A stretch of 64,000 bases of DNA from Microthyrium microscopicum. Lineage: Eukaryota. The stretch lies in the NCBI GenBank assembly GCA_010405405.1, contig MU004230.1, positions 1,956,627 through 2,020,626 on the forward strand. Reading direction: 5' to 3'. How positions within the stretch are numbered: position 1 is the first letter of the stretch; each line of letters starts with the position of its first letter. Below are positions 1 to 11,791 of this stretch, piece after piece. A program made the translations under genes and the position numbers. The notes below the pieces were generated by a model. That model saw nothing but the letters and a program-made list of their open reading frames with translations. It was not told the DNA's origin and searched no databases.

Positions 1-1286
1 AGAAGGTTTGCTACTGACATATTGTGCTGCACACGAGCTATATCTGCAGGGTTAGACGGAAAGCTCGAGCCAGACGCGGTATTAGAGCCAGAAGCAGAGC
101 CAGAAGCAAAACCAGGAGCAGAGCCAGGGAGAGAGCTGGAGCTGGAGCGAGAAGCCGAGTTGGATGCTGGACGAGACGAAGCGCTGGGTCCTGGGCCAGG
201 TGCGGAGCCAGACGCAACTGGTGGTCGCGTGCTATCCTTTCTCTTGATAACTCTTGCGCGTTTAGCACGAGAGTCGTCTTCTCCCTCATCATTGACTTCT
301 GGTGACTGTCGCTTTCGTGACTTTGGGGCTGGTTTTCGCTGTGTCCGCACTGAACGTCCCTCCTCTTCCACCGAGGCATCCACGCTTGTTGATATTCTTG
401 ATCGTTTTTTGGCATGTAGCTCTTCCTTTGAATTTCGCTTTCGATTCATGGTAACATTGTGTGTGCGTTTTCTCGCTTTTCGAAGATTCTCAGAGGATTC
501 AGACGAGGAAGCAGAGGAAGGAGTGCCATGATGATGGTGAGCCTGGTCCTCAGCGGCCTCAGTCTCATCGTTATCGTGTATATCTTCGTCTTCGAGCTCA
601 TCTTCGTAGGTATGATTTGCTGCGGGACGTGCATGTACGACAGGAGCCCGAGGAGCCATTACAAGTGGTGCAATGGGTGCTTGCGCAGTTACTGGAGCAT
701 TAATCGGAACAAAACGAGCATCAGTAGCTGAATTCTGAATATCTGGGGCTGGAGCAGGTAGGGAAGCAGTGGCAGCAGGACGAGCAGGCGCGGCGGCAGC
801 AACAGCCGATGTAGGAGCAGTGTTGACAGGACCAGGAGTGACTGCAGGCCCAGCAACAGGAGGAGCTCCAGGGTTACGGGGAGGCACAAAGCCAGGAGGC
901 CATTTGTCATGGCGTGTTTGAAAGTGAGGAAGCAAGCCATTTCCAACATTTCTAAGGTTGTAACTGGAAGCTGGGACTGTGGGATTCGCTTGCAACCAGT
1001 TCGCAAATGTCGACGTCAAACTACTGCGGTAATGCGCGAAAGTCCAACCCACTGGGAGTCGTGGAAACGGCTTTGTGTCTTGTTGTCCTCGCTCGCCAAG
1101 CTCGCCTTGCAGACGATTTATTTTGGTGTTGACTGTTGTGTATGGGAGTGTTTTGCTCCCAGGACGGACAACAGTGAGTCGACCTAGGTATCGAGCGATA
1201 TCTTGATGGATAATACCATTGTGCCTAAGCTCTAATGCGATGGCTTCTTCATACGGTGTCCATGGGCGAGGTCGAGTAGGCTCCAT
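1..1286 (-). CDS. Hypothetical protein (partial, runs off window start); N-terminal Myb/HTH-like segment followed by Pro/Ala-rich, acidic and basic low-complexity tracts
   Basis: Manual reading of the minus strand gives one open frame from ATG at 1286 (MEPTRPRPWTPYEEAIALELRHNGIIHQDIARYLGR...) to base 1 with no stop. It is missing from the ORF track because it is truncated. The listed small ORFs here are alternative frames. Confidence 0.7.
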   Translation of the reverse strand, partial: MEPTRPRPWTPYEEAIALELRHNGIIHQDIARYLGRLTVVRPGSKTLPYTTVNTKINRLQGELGERGQQDTKPFPRLPVGWTFAHYRSSLTSTFANWLQANPTVPASSYNLRNVGNGLLPHFQTRHDKWPPGFVPPRNPGAPPVAGPAVTPGPVNTAPTSAVAAAAPARPAATASLPAPAPDIQNSATDARFVPINAPVTAQAPIAPLVMAPRAPVVHARPAANHTYEDELEDEDIHDNDETEAAEDQAHHHHGTPSSASSSESSENLRKARKRTHNVTMNRKRNSKEELHAKKRSRISTSVDASVEEEGRSVRTQRKPAPKSRKRQSPEVNDEGEDDSRAKRARVIKRKDSTRPPVASGSAPGPGPSASSRPASNSASRSSSSSLPGSAPGFASGSASGSNTASGSSFPSNPADIARVQHNMSVANL

Positions 1287-2050
1287 TTTGAAGTAAACTG
1301 ATGTTTGTATAGAAAGAGAGGTGAGTGGTGTTAAAGATGGAAGAAGAAGAAGCGATTGTAATCAGCCAAATCAACTATCTGTGCAGGAGATGATGATTGC
1401 GAACAAGCTATTATGTTAGCGCAAGAAAGACGAAAGGGAGGAGGCGGTTACCGGCAGTCAAGAGATGTGCATGTTGCGAATCTGCTTTTGTGCCGAAAGA
1501 ATAGTGGTGAGCGATCAAGAAGAATGGACTCTTAGTTGATGGTAAAGCCGCAGATTTTTGCGTTGGAGGAGGGTGCAGATATGAATGAAGATAGTGTTGC
1601 AGAGTGATGGAATGGTGGATGATGGAGGTATGGTTATATATTGAGGAGATTGTTGTAAAGGAGCAGGTCGACAGCAGTTAGTGCTAACCCAAAGACCCAC
1701 CGTTGTACCGAGTTCGAGGTGTTATGAACGCTTCAGGTGCTTTAAGTGAACGGAAAGCACGAGTCGATCTCGTTAAGGTGGTGGTTGTACCGTGGTGGCT
1801 CCACAGTATGCTTTTCAGGTTGATCTAGAGAATCTCTTGAGGTAGGGACATGCCAGGCCGGTGGAAAGTGCATTAAAGCTTGCGAAATTATTCGTTATTC
1901 TTTCCAGTGTTATAGGTGACGACGACATTGTTTTGTAAAGTACTTTGAAGACTTTACGTAGTAGTCTTGAGCGGAGTCGGAAAGTAGCCCAATCTTTGGT
2001 ACAGATCTTTAAGTATTTGGTAAACAAGGGATTCTGGGAAGTCACCATCC

Positions 2051-2146
2051 AGCAAAACTTTGGTTCAGCAAAACTTTGGTTCAGCAAAACTTTGGTTCAG
2101 CAAAACTTTGGTTCAGCAAAACTTTGGTTCAGCAAAACTTTGGTTC
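2051..2146. repeat. Perfect minisatellite, 6 x 16 bp (AGCAAAACTTTGGTTC)
   Basis: Six identical tandem copies read directly, followed by an A-run. Lies about 100 bp past the COQ7 stop. Confidence 0.97.
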
Positions 2147-2250
2147 AGAAAAAAAATAGGACCGAAGAATGGCCAAGCATCGCAACATGAATATCATAAT
2201 GATTTAGCGATAGAAAACAAGGAGTATAAGTGATTGGGTGTAAAGGTTCA

Positions 2251-3066
2251 TTATACCCGCTCGCTGATCCATATTGCTGCTCTGCAGCCAGTTCTTATAA
2301 CGCCGGTTAAAGCCTCATACGGTCTGGCTTCTTTGGCATCGTTTTCGACAGCGTGGTCAAGATGCTCTAATTCCTCGTCTCTGATTCGCCGTAGCGTACC
2401 GAGCAGCTCTTTCATCTCACCACTGACTTGTCCGCCCTTGGCTTCAACGTCCTGGGCCCATTTGAATAGCGTCTGCACTTGTCGGTTGTAGTGCTCGCCG
2501 ATCTCAGTCTCTACGGCTTCAGTGCAAGCCATGGCGGCCTCGCGGCCCATGACTGCGGTTGACCATCCAAGCGCGGTAGCCGCAACTCGCCACACTGGAT
2601 ACATGAGCGTGGGTCGAATGCGATGCTTTGCTACCAGCTCATTGAAAGTTTGGAAGTGGTTGGCTTCTTGATCGTACATGTGCTTCATGAGATCTTTGAG
2701 TTGAGGATTTTGCCGGACAATGGGGGGCGTCTGGGCGTCATATATAAGCACAGCGGCAAGCTCACCGGCTTGATTGACACGTAACTGCAAATGATCAGAA
2801 CCAAGTGACTCTATTTGAAGCAAAAATTACTGTCATACCGCTCTATCGAGGAATTCTTGTTGCGCCAGGCTGAGTGGTTTTTGAGATGAACTTTGCATCC
2901 GCCGTGGCTGAGAAGTGGAGATGTACCGAATTCCAAGCTTTTTTGTACTCATACAGGTCCTTGAGGACATCAATCTAATTCTACATAGTTTTGGAGAGGA
3001 GTGGGTATTAAAATTTACAAGAGAACAAAGGGGTTTGAAGGAGTGACGTGAAAAAGAAGCGGCCAT
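2251..3066 (-). CDS. COQ7: 5-demethoxyubiquinone hydroxylase (ubiquinone biosynthesis, di-iron), 2 exons
   Basis: Motifs LRVNQAGELAA, MYDQEANH, AMACTEAVETEIGEHYN, IRDEELEHLDHAV. Basic N-terminal presequence. Intron about 2785-2838. Confidence 0.95.
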
Positions 3067-3819
3067 TCTGAAATTGGAGTAGCAGTTATGCAAGGAGCAT
3101 GCAAAGGCTACGCATCATTTGATATAGGATTCTAATAAAGGAGAGGCATGACTAGCACCTTATCCCATATTTGATTTGCTTGAGTCGGGTGCTGGCGGAT
3201 AGAAGGACTGATCATTGATCTGATAAAACTTTTAATAGCCAAATGCGGAATCAGGCCGAGACGCGCGCCTGCCGCGGTTGCCAGCGCGTCGTAGTTTCCT
3301 TGAACGTGCAGGTACACTGACAGCTGGGTGGTTCTCCCCAGCTTATCCAACTTCACACTCTTGACACTCAACCTGAACATCTCCCACTTTCCAACAGCTC
3401 CCCATCAGCTTTCAATTCTACCGTGTATTGCTTCTATATCCCTTATTTCTGCTATTTTTGTTATCTATCCAGGAACCACACTCCCAAAGCCCTGCGCCAG
3501 ACGACTTATACCGTCAACTCGAGCTCCTTCGTGCTTGCATACGTACATAGACAGACGCCTTTCACCCATCAGTTGTGACCAATATTTCATCTGATCTCCA
3601 TCGCCGAGCTCTTCGCGCTCCTTAGATCTATATTCCGCATAAATTGGATTTCTACTACGAGACCCGTCGCACCTGCACCTTCCCTCTACAATCAGCAGCC
3701 ACTGCTCATTAAAGAAGGCACGACCCCTTTTTTAAGAACTGTCAGGAGTGCTCCTTCCTATCCTATCTTCTGGGTCGCTATTGCCATTTAGTTGCTTTAA
3801 CTCCGAAAACTCAGTGACT

Positions 3820-5535
3820 ATGTCCGGTCTCACCTTGGACGATGAGCTGCTCATGCTCGCCGCTGGAGGTGATGAGTCTGCCGAAGAGGGGGAAGCTTCA
3901 CCACAAGATCACCACCATTCCGGTCACTCAAGGTCTCCATCTCGGTCACCTTCTCGATCTCTTTCTCGCTCTAGGCCTAGGTCACTCTCAAAGTCGAGAT
4001 CCCGTACCCTTTCGCGCTCTCCTCCACCTGCTTCGGCCTCACACCACCCAAAATCTCCAGGTTCCCCTTCGAACTCCAAGATGCCTGCATCACGAAGCGA
4101 TAGTAGACCGCGAAAGGACGATTCAGAGGAGGAAGGCGAGGCGTAAGTCTTCTTTCATTTATCCATGAGTAAGTCGCTAAAACTCTGCAGTTCTGATGGC
4201 GCTGGCTCGCCTGGATCTCTTGGTTCCGGCGCTATGGATGAGTCAGACTCTGAAGGTTCTGACGGCGACGATTTTACCCGTCCGATTGAAGGAGAGACTG
4301 CATTCGAGCGCGAGAAACGACTAGCTGAGCAGGCTGAGCGCGATGAAGAGCGACTAAAATCGGCAAAACTGAAGGCTTTGCTCAACGATCGAGCTCCTCG
4401 CCCTGATATCTCCAAGTCTACTAAACGCAAGGCTGTTGATATAGACGACGATGATTTCGGACGTCGGCCCTCTCGTCAGCGCGCAAAGAAGGATGACGAT
4501 GATGATGAATATACTGGTCGACGTGGCAACCGCCGCCGAGATGATGTATCAGATTCCCCGGAGCGCAACTCTTATGTCAAGGAGAGCAAACCGAAACGTG
4601 ACGACGGAAAGCAACCCGGCTCGCTTCAGGAATACGAGCGCGTGCGAGTAGGTCGTTCCAATTTCCATCAAATCTGCTTCTATCCTGGATTCGAGGACAC
4701 TTTTAGAGGATGCTTTGTCCGGGTTGCAGCCCATCTCGATCCAGTTACTGGTCAAAACCAATATCGCATGTGTCAGATCAAGGGTAAGCTCAATGCTTTG
4801 ACATAATTCATCAAATCTCTAATCTGAACAGGCTTCAAGACTGGAAAACCGTACAAGATAATGGGAGCTAACAACCGAGCCTACATGACGGACACTATGC
4901 TGATAACCTCGTATGGTCCGATCGACAAGGACTATCCATTCTCAGCCTGCTCCGACTCTGCTTTCACGGAGGAAGAATTCCTTCGCCGCAATCAGATGTT
5001 GGACAGCAAGAGCATATCACAGTCGACCTCCATATCCCTTCAGAGCAAGTGCAAAGCCATCAATGAATTCCTTGAACGCAACTGGACTTCAGCTCAGATT
5101 AGTGAGAAAGTCGCCAACCAATTCCGCCTCAATCATCTTCTGAACAATGGACAATCTAATGGCATGGCCGGAGCACCTAAGCTTGAAGATCGTGATGCTG
5201 GCTTGGCTCGTCGCAATGCTGAGAACCGACGTTTGAACCAAGAGCAAGTACGCAAAGCTCTTACAGACGAGCGGCGAAAGCGTCAGAAGGCCGGCGAGCA
5301 AGCGGCGCGTAAGCAGAAAGAGGAAGAGGAGCGGAAGCAAAAGGCCGAACTTGACGACCTGTTTGGCGATGATGACGCAGAAGAGAAGAAGTCGGAATCT
5401 CCAAAGGCAAAGCCAGTCTCGAAGTACGTGGTTCGTGACTACAAGAAAGGTGTATCAGAGTTCACTCGCCTCAAGACGGATGACGAGATCATTGCGTCTA
5501 TGGATTTGGATATTGATATCGATATTGATATTTAG
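3820..5535 (+). CDS. RTF1: Paf1 complex subunit Rtf1 (Plus3 domain), 3 exons
   Basis: LDDELLMLAAG N-terminus, ETAFEREKRLAE segment, Plus3 domain (RVRVGRSNF...FYPGFEDTFRGCFVRV...YRMCQIKG...ACSDSAFTEEEF). Introns about 4143-4191 and 4784-4830. Confidence 0.88.
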
Positions 5536-5678
5536 TCTTCTCAACAGCAGTACCTGACCATCACGAGGTATTTAAATATGAACTAGCCGCATTGCGTGGA
5601 ATTTCGGATCAGAGGTCGGTGAGAACTGTCATAACACTGGGAATAATGCACTAAATAGAAAATATTGTCAATGGGCAA

Positions 5679-6915
5679 TCACCTGCCCATCTCTTTGACA
5701 TCCAAATTCCGATATCCTTTACTTTCCTCATCCCATGGCGGCGGTCGTGAGAAGCGCAACGCCGGTCCCAACTTCGTAAGTTTCGTTACTGAACCCGTAT
5801 CCTCAGGCGTTGGCGAAAAGCCTTCAATAACATCCGACTCTCTACTCCGCGATGACGAACTGCGTAAGAATGTACTCCACCCAAACACCTTTCTTAATAA
5901 CGGCCACCAACACATGAGATTCGCCACATAAACAGCCACACTCGTCTCTCGTACATCCCATATCATGTACACAGTACTATTCGCGCTCGTAAAATTATAG
6001 TACTTTGCCAGCACCGCCGCCAGCACCACAAAGCTTCCAAGGCTGAATATGCCAACGAGCAATGCGCGTTTCAGAGGCGGCACTTTCGCACCGACGACGA
6101 ATGGTGTGGGTATGCCTAGCATCAGCAGATCGGAGGAGACGTTAAATACCATCTGAATGATGCAGTAGTCGAAATATGTCGCACATTGCGTGTTGTTTGG
6201 CGGCATGGCCCAGTATTGTGAGAATGGGCGGCATAGGATGAAGAAGTAGGGTACTTCGATGGCTATGAGGCCGAATATCACGTATCCGATGACTATTTTG
6301 ACGTATGTGTGGTTGACGGTGTCACGACTGGAATTCCGTTAGCAAACTTCTTGCTATCGCTTCCCCTGAATTATGGGATCGCTACTCACGTCATTCGATA
6401 ACTAAAAGGTAACACAGTTAGTATATACTCTTTACCAGGAACCACTGATACTCAACGAGGAAGAGGAACTTACTACAACATCAACAAACAAGCCTTAACC
6501 CCCCAAAGCGTAAGCAAATACGCCTGATTCGAACCAACCACAATCTTACTCCCATAAATCCGATCCTTTACATCTTGCGGGTTCGCTAATATACCATCCA
6601 ATTCACCAGGATGGAACTCATTGGTCGCATAGCGGGATGAGAATTGAAGTAGAATGAGCAGTGATGTGTACAGACTGAATGTGCCCATCATCATGTAATC
6701 GTCGGCCTGTAGCTTCTTCCATGAGCCGCGCAGAATAGCGCGAGACCATCTAGCAGGCAGGACGGGTTAGTTGGGTTTCTATTACTCGATTGCTTCAATG
6801 GTGATTGGACACAGCAGCGGAAGACTTACAGGCGTCCGAGGAGGAGAAAAAGGCCGATGGTCCAGAAAGCGATGGATTCGGTTAGGAGTTGCGAGTTTGT
6901 TGGAGATGAGACCAT
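5679..6915 (-). CDS. PTH11-like (fungal rhodopsin-domain, non-CFEM) integral membrane protein, multi-exon
   Basis: Spliced reading MVSSPTNSQLLTESIAFWTIGLFLLLGRL/WSRAIL...KLQADDYMM, SKIVV...LWGVKACLL, CRPFSQYW, NVSSDLLML.IP, RETSVAVYVANL. These are typical PTH11-family motifs. Confidence 0.85.
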
Positions 6916-7661
6916 TGTTGCTAGTTAGACGGGTTTCGAGCACCGGGTTGGTGGGTTTTTTGGTCGTGATAGTCACATTTATGGATGGCTTTCTAGATAT
7001 CTCCTGCTATTGATACGTTGGCAAGGCTTGCGGGGAGCGGTTGTGGAATATATGTGACTCGCATCGACGCCTTTAGTGAGTGTACTGAATATTATGAGAG
7101 CACCGAGATTGAGATGATTTACGTTGTGAAAGGGAGTTCTTTTACTATTATTACAGTTTCTACTTTCTTGGCCGAGGAGGCGAGTAGTGAGATAAGCAGT
7201 TCATGCATGAGTGGTCCATTTCCTTGCCACGGATTTAGCTTAGGTGTCCGATATCATGGCGATGCAGTTTCTGGGCATTTTGCACCGCAGTGGAGGACGG
7301 AAACTGGTGGGGGTGGAAGTAAAAACAGGTTCCAACCTCTACAAGATAAAGAGGCATAAGAATAAAAACTAACCAAATAAATGGCTGTTAATTCTAGAAT
7401 TTGTTTGGGGTTTGTTTGTGTGTGGCTTGAATGCTTGTGCCAACGGGTGGAGCTCCCACATCGGAGCCGGCCGACGTGCGTGGAGGATCATCGTCTTTTG
7501 CTTCTATTCAGCTTCCATTTAAGTCAAGTATCGTCAGCGTGGCTTCTAGCTCCTGAGAAAGAAACGCCTGGGTTATGTCGCAAGGACGTGGTCGTGTGAA
7601 AGACTCCCACGGAGGCGGATATCATTGCATCCAAAGATATCAACTTGCCATTGATCATATC

Positions 7662-9272
7662 TTAATTGCGAGACTTCTCAATGATTTCCATGCCATCCAT
7701 ATATTTCCACAGACACTGTGGGATGCGCACGAGCTTCTTTTCTTCGTCCCAGTTGTTTTCCAACAATGCCGCCAGGACTCGGGGGACCGCCAGAGCGGTC
7801 CCATTCAGCGTGTATGGGAATGCAAGTCCTTTCTGCTGCCCAGGCACATGCATGCGAGTACTCAGCCGACGCGTTTGATAGTCCGTGCAATTGGACAGTG
7901 ATGAGAGCTCTCCCCATGGTGCATGCGTTCGCGACGGGAAGTACCCCTCGATGTCGTATTTTATTGTCGCTGAAGCGCCAAGGTCGTTCGATGGTTGATT
8001 CAGGATGCGCAGGGGAATGTTGAGGGGACTCAAGATAGCACGCTGGATAGATAGCATGGAGTTGAACATTTCTTCTGACGGCGATAATGTCGATGTTGGG
8101 GAGAAGCGGTTCAGATTGGCCCCTATTTCTTGCTCTGACGATCCAGGACCAGCTTGAAGGTTATCAGGGGCTGTCCATGCAAAGAGCTCTACTTTGGTAA
8201 ACTCATGGACTCGATAAAGACCCTTGGTGTCTTTTCCACGACTTCCTGCTTCTGCTCTGTAGCATCGACTAACACCAACGCGCTTGAGAGGCAAGTCTTC
8301 TGGTCGGAATTTGTGGTCCATGTACATTCCAGCTAGTGGTATCTCAGAAGTTCCGGTCAATGCAAGCTGGGGTTTGACATGGCCATCTTCTGGATCTTCT
8401 TCTTCCAGCAGGTAAACTTGCTTATTACCGCCCTCATCTCGCGGTTGGAAACCACAGGCCCAAGCCGCGTAGTTGTACACGAGGGAGGGTGGTATGACTG
8501 GAACAAATCCAGCCGCACGTGCGATTGATTGAGCATGCTGCACGAGAGCTTGTTCTAAGAGAGCTCCGGCTCCTATGAGATAGTAGAACCCCCATCCAGA
8601 AAGTGATGCTGCAGCTTCTCTATCGAATATGCCAAGGCTGGTGCCAATTTCCTCGTGACTGATCGCGTGAGTAGCTGTCACCTCTCCTATCTCCTCAATC
8701 GTCTCTGGTTCGTCGCCAATTGGAGTTTGAGTGGATGTCAGATTCGGCTGTTCCAAAGCCAAAGCCGAGATTTTGGCCTGCATTTCTTTCTCAAGAACCT
8801 GCCTTTCTTCTACCATACTTTGAATAGTTCGCTTCGATGATATTGCCAATGCTTCATCCTTTTGTAAAGTTCCTAATGTGATATTCCGTGAATTCCCATC
8901 TGTCGTAGAAGCAGCGGCCCAATTCTCTACTATCGATGCATCCAGCTCTCTTTTTTGACTTGCCAGTCGTTTGATTGTTCGGTCCAACTCATTCAACTCT
9001 TTTCGAAAAGATAGGAGCCCATTTTGAAGTTCGTGGAGTTGATTTGACAGCTCGAGTAGCTGCCACGGTCCGCGTGAAAGGGAAGGATAATTTCGTTGTA
9101 TACAATTCAGTTCGTAGAGGCCGGGGTTCTGGCGGATATGCTTGATGTCAACATTTGGTTTTGGCATACGCGGTGGTCGCGGACCGAGATCCGTGGAGTA
9201 AGGACGGCCACATGGTCGAGTTAGTCGGAGACGAGCTATTCTGATCGCGCATGAGGTGCATATTAAAGGCAT
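7662..9272 (-). CDS. DIA4: Seryl-tRNA synthetase, probably mitochondrial (Dia4-like), intronless
   Basis: LTGTSEIPLAG, SRCYRAEAGSRGKDTKGLYRVHEFTKVELF, ELSSLSNCTDYQTRRL, TLNGTALAVPR. Arg-rich presequence from the Met at 9272 (ORF track starts upstream at 9344). Confidence 0.9.
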   Translation of the reverse strand: MPLICTSCAIRIARLRLTRPCGRPYSTDLGPRPPRMPKPNVDIKHIRQNPGLYELNCIQRNYPSLSRGPWQLLELSNQLHELQNGLLSFRKELNELDRTIKRLASQKRELDASIVENWAAASTTDGNSRNITLGTLQKDEALAISSKRTIQSMVEERQVLEKEMQAKISALALEQPNLTSTQTPIGDEPETIEEIGEVTATHAISHEEIGTSLGIFDREAAASLSGWGFYYLIGAGALLEQALVQHAQSIARAAGFVPVIPPSLVYNYAAWACGFQPRDEGGNKQVYLLEEEDPEDGHVKPQLALTGTSEIPLAGMYMDHKFRPEDLPLKRVGVSRCYRAEAGSRGKDTKGLYRVHEFTKVELFAWTAPDNLQAGPGSSEQEIGANLNRFSPTSTLSPSEEMFNSMLSIQRAILSPLNIPLRILNQPSNDLGASATIKYDIEGYFPSRTHAPWGELSSLSNCTDYQTRRLSTRMHVPGQQKGLAFPYTLNGTALAVPRVLAALLENNWDEEKKLVRIPQCLWKYMDGMEIIEKSRN

Positions 9273-9588
9273 TGGGATATGAAAGAATGGATAGAACAGC
9301 AGTTGAACTTTTAAGATGTCGATCAACTCCATGAGGCCGCCCACCTAGATCGAGCAGGGGCCACCAAGACATGACCAAACACTTTACGACGACCATCTCA
9401 ACTTCATCTCATGAACTTCTGACATTTTTACGACTCCATAGAAATAACGTAATCGCACTGATCTTCGACAAGTAATGACTACTTTGAAACCAATGCTCTG
9501 TACTTAGATCAAGGTCATGATGCGCTGCACGTTGTATTTCATTGACTCATTCTTCCATCGATGTTTTACTTCAAAGCTTTTCCATCCC

Positions 9589-10711
9589 TCACTCGCTACA
9601 GAATTTCAAAATGTATTTTCCTTTGGCCCCTTTTCCGACCGCTTCGTATGCCTCCACAACTTCACGCTCGTTCTCATACCCAACCTCTTGAATAGCTGAG
9701 ACTGGAGGAGCTGAAAGGTACCCGTCTTCAAATCCAACTTTCAACGAACTCATAAGCTCCATACTTTCTAGGAAAGTGATATTGAGCGAATTGACTCCAA
9801 TAAGAGTTCTGTCTGCGCGGTATAACTCAAGGGCATCAAACGAGAGCTGCCTTTCTGCTGATCTTGGGGCCGTAATGATGACACTAATAAATGATTAATA
9901 TCTAGAGACAGCAGATGTTCTGTGAACTCACTATTTGCCTCTGTTCTTCAAGGTGGATAGAGCTTTCTTGAATAAAGCTGGATCTGACACCGTATCAAGG
10001 ACGACATCAACTCCCGCTCCGTTGGTCAAGCTGTCAGTCTGAGGTACTAAGCTTTCAGCAGTAGTATTCACAGCTCCCTGTTTCTCAGCACGAGCACTTT
10101 CAATTGGAGTGGCTCCAAGGCGCTTCAATATCTGCACAGCAGAGCCCCCAACTGCACCTGACGATCCTAGGATCCTGTAAGCGTACAGGCTACATGTCTG
10201 TGAAGCTTGTACTCACCGAGAACGAGAACAAATTGACCGTTGCCAACACCAGCTCTGCTTATCATTGAATCCGCGGTGAGAAAGCCAACTCCACAAGAAG
10301 CTGCTTGTGAAAAGCTTATGTTCTTTGGCTTCTCGCTCAATCCAGCAGTTGGAACAACTATGTATCTGCAAAAGATGTTAACTTTGATCTCTAAATATGA
10401 CACTCTTCAAGGGAAGTTTACTGGGCATGTGAACCATTGCGATGGAATCCATTGTCGCCACCAGTTCCCCAAACATGTAGGCCGTCGTTCTCGCCTCCCT
10501 CTACAATACCAGCAAAGTCTCTGCCTGGTACTCGAGGAAGAGTTGTGTGTGGGAATGCTCCCATTACATTTTTGACATCGGACGGGTTGATAGCTGCGGC
10601 TATAATACGAACCAACGTCTCATCTGGACCTGGCTTTGGAGTCTCGATGTCCTCAAGTTTGAGGTTTTCGGAAACCGGTCCCATTTCCGCAAAGCTGTAG
10701 CCCTTCATCAT
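9589..10711 (-). CDS. Medium-chain dehydrogenase/reductase (zinc-type ADH / quinone oxidoreductase-like), 4 exons
   Basis: AAAINPSDVKNVMGAFPHTTLPRVPGRDFAGIV, GSHAQ/YIVVP, KPKNISFSQAASCGV, Rossmann LVLG/SSGAVGGSA, GVDVVLDTV. Ends AYEAVGKGAKGKYILKFCSE*. Confidence 0.88.
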
Positions 10712-11266
10712 GAATTGTTGATTGTGTGTTCTTGCGATGATGACTGTATGATAGTTGAGCAACCACCTGGAAATGGAGGCCTGAAAATATAATGAGCTTA
10801 GACTGTCGAACTTGACACTTATTGCGATTGGATTCTAGCACTAGCGAGACGTTTCACTTGGACGTGCGTGTTGATTTCATACCTATTCTCAATTGTCGTC
10901 AAGAAGTGCTCGGCATGAAGATATAAACATTGGATAATGCAGGGAATAAATTCCGCTCTCCAAGCTCGACCAAGCTACGATAGCTTTCCGCATCCCCGCA
11001 GAGTAATGATTATTCATTTTTAACCCTTGCGGAATGAAACGGGCAGGGCATTTGTAAGGCGGGCTTTCCCGTCACTTTTCATAACATTCAATTGCATATA
11101 ATTCTACGAGCGGACAAAAGTAAAAACATAATCTCATACCGAAATAGGACAAAACTCTATCTATTCTCCGTCTCCGCCTTCCACAAGCACTGTGCCTGTG
11201 TAGCTGCCCATAAAACCTGTCAATCTTGTGATGAATGGATGCTACATTACATGACATGTTACTCTA

Positions 11267-11791
11267 TTATAACTTCGAAGAACAACATGGAGAACATGTT
11301 TTTGTCTTTGACCCTTCCAGTTCAACATTATCTTCCTCCTGAATTCTCTTGGCAATGTCTTTCCTATTCTCTAGCAACTCTTCCCATCCTGTAAAAAGTT
11401 CCAATGCTCCATAAGTACGCTTGATCGATCTCAAAGACCAGAGGCGAGTAGCTTCAAACCCTGGGAAGACATCATAGTCAATATCAAACAATTCTGAGCG
11501 ATAAGGGTCATCCCAGGGACACTGGCAACTATCCTGAACTTCAGAAAGCTTGAGGCAAAGCTGACAGTGCCAGCAATGAGCACAGTGGGTCAGTCCATTG
11601 AACTCGTCATTTTTGCAAGGCCGGCACACTCGATCAGGACATGGCTGTCGCCTGGTCATGATAATATTATACGCAGCTTCAAACCCTCGCTCGGCGTATG
11701 ATTCGGCTGGGGGCGATCCATCAAATTCCCGCCATTGCATCACCTTAGCTTGCATCAAGCTACGTGTTTCTTTAGATAGAGTTTTTGCCAT
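11267..11791 (-). CDS. Hypothetical 174-aa protein with Cys/His cluster
   Basis: Single ATG-initiated ORF containing CPDRVCRPC...HCAHCWHCQLC...CQCP. No recognised family. Confidence 0.5.
   Translation of the reverse strand: MAKTLSKETRSLMQAKVMQWREFDGSPPAESYAERGFEAAYNIIMTRRQPCPDRVCRPCKNDEFNGLTHCAHCWHCQLCLKLSEVQDSCQCPWDDPYRSELFDIDYDVFPGFEATRLWSLRSIKRTYGALELFTGWEELLENRKDIAKRIQEEDNVELEGSKTKTCSPCCSSKL

Noticed and set aside
2051..2146. CRISPR-like array (also considered for 44318-44593)
   Set aside because: The repeats are directly tandem without unique spacers, the context is eukaryotic, and no cas genes are present.
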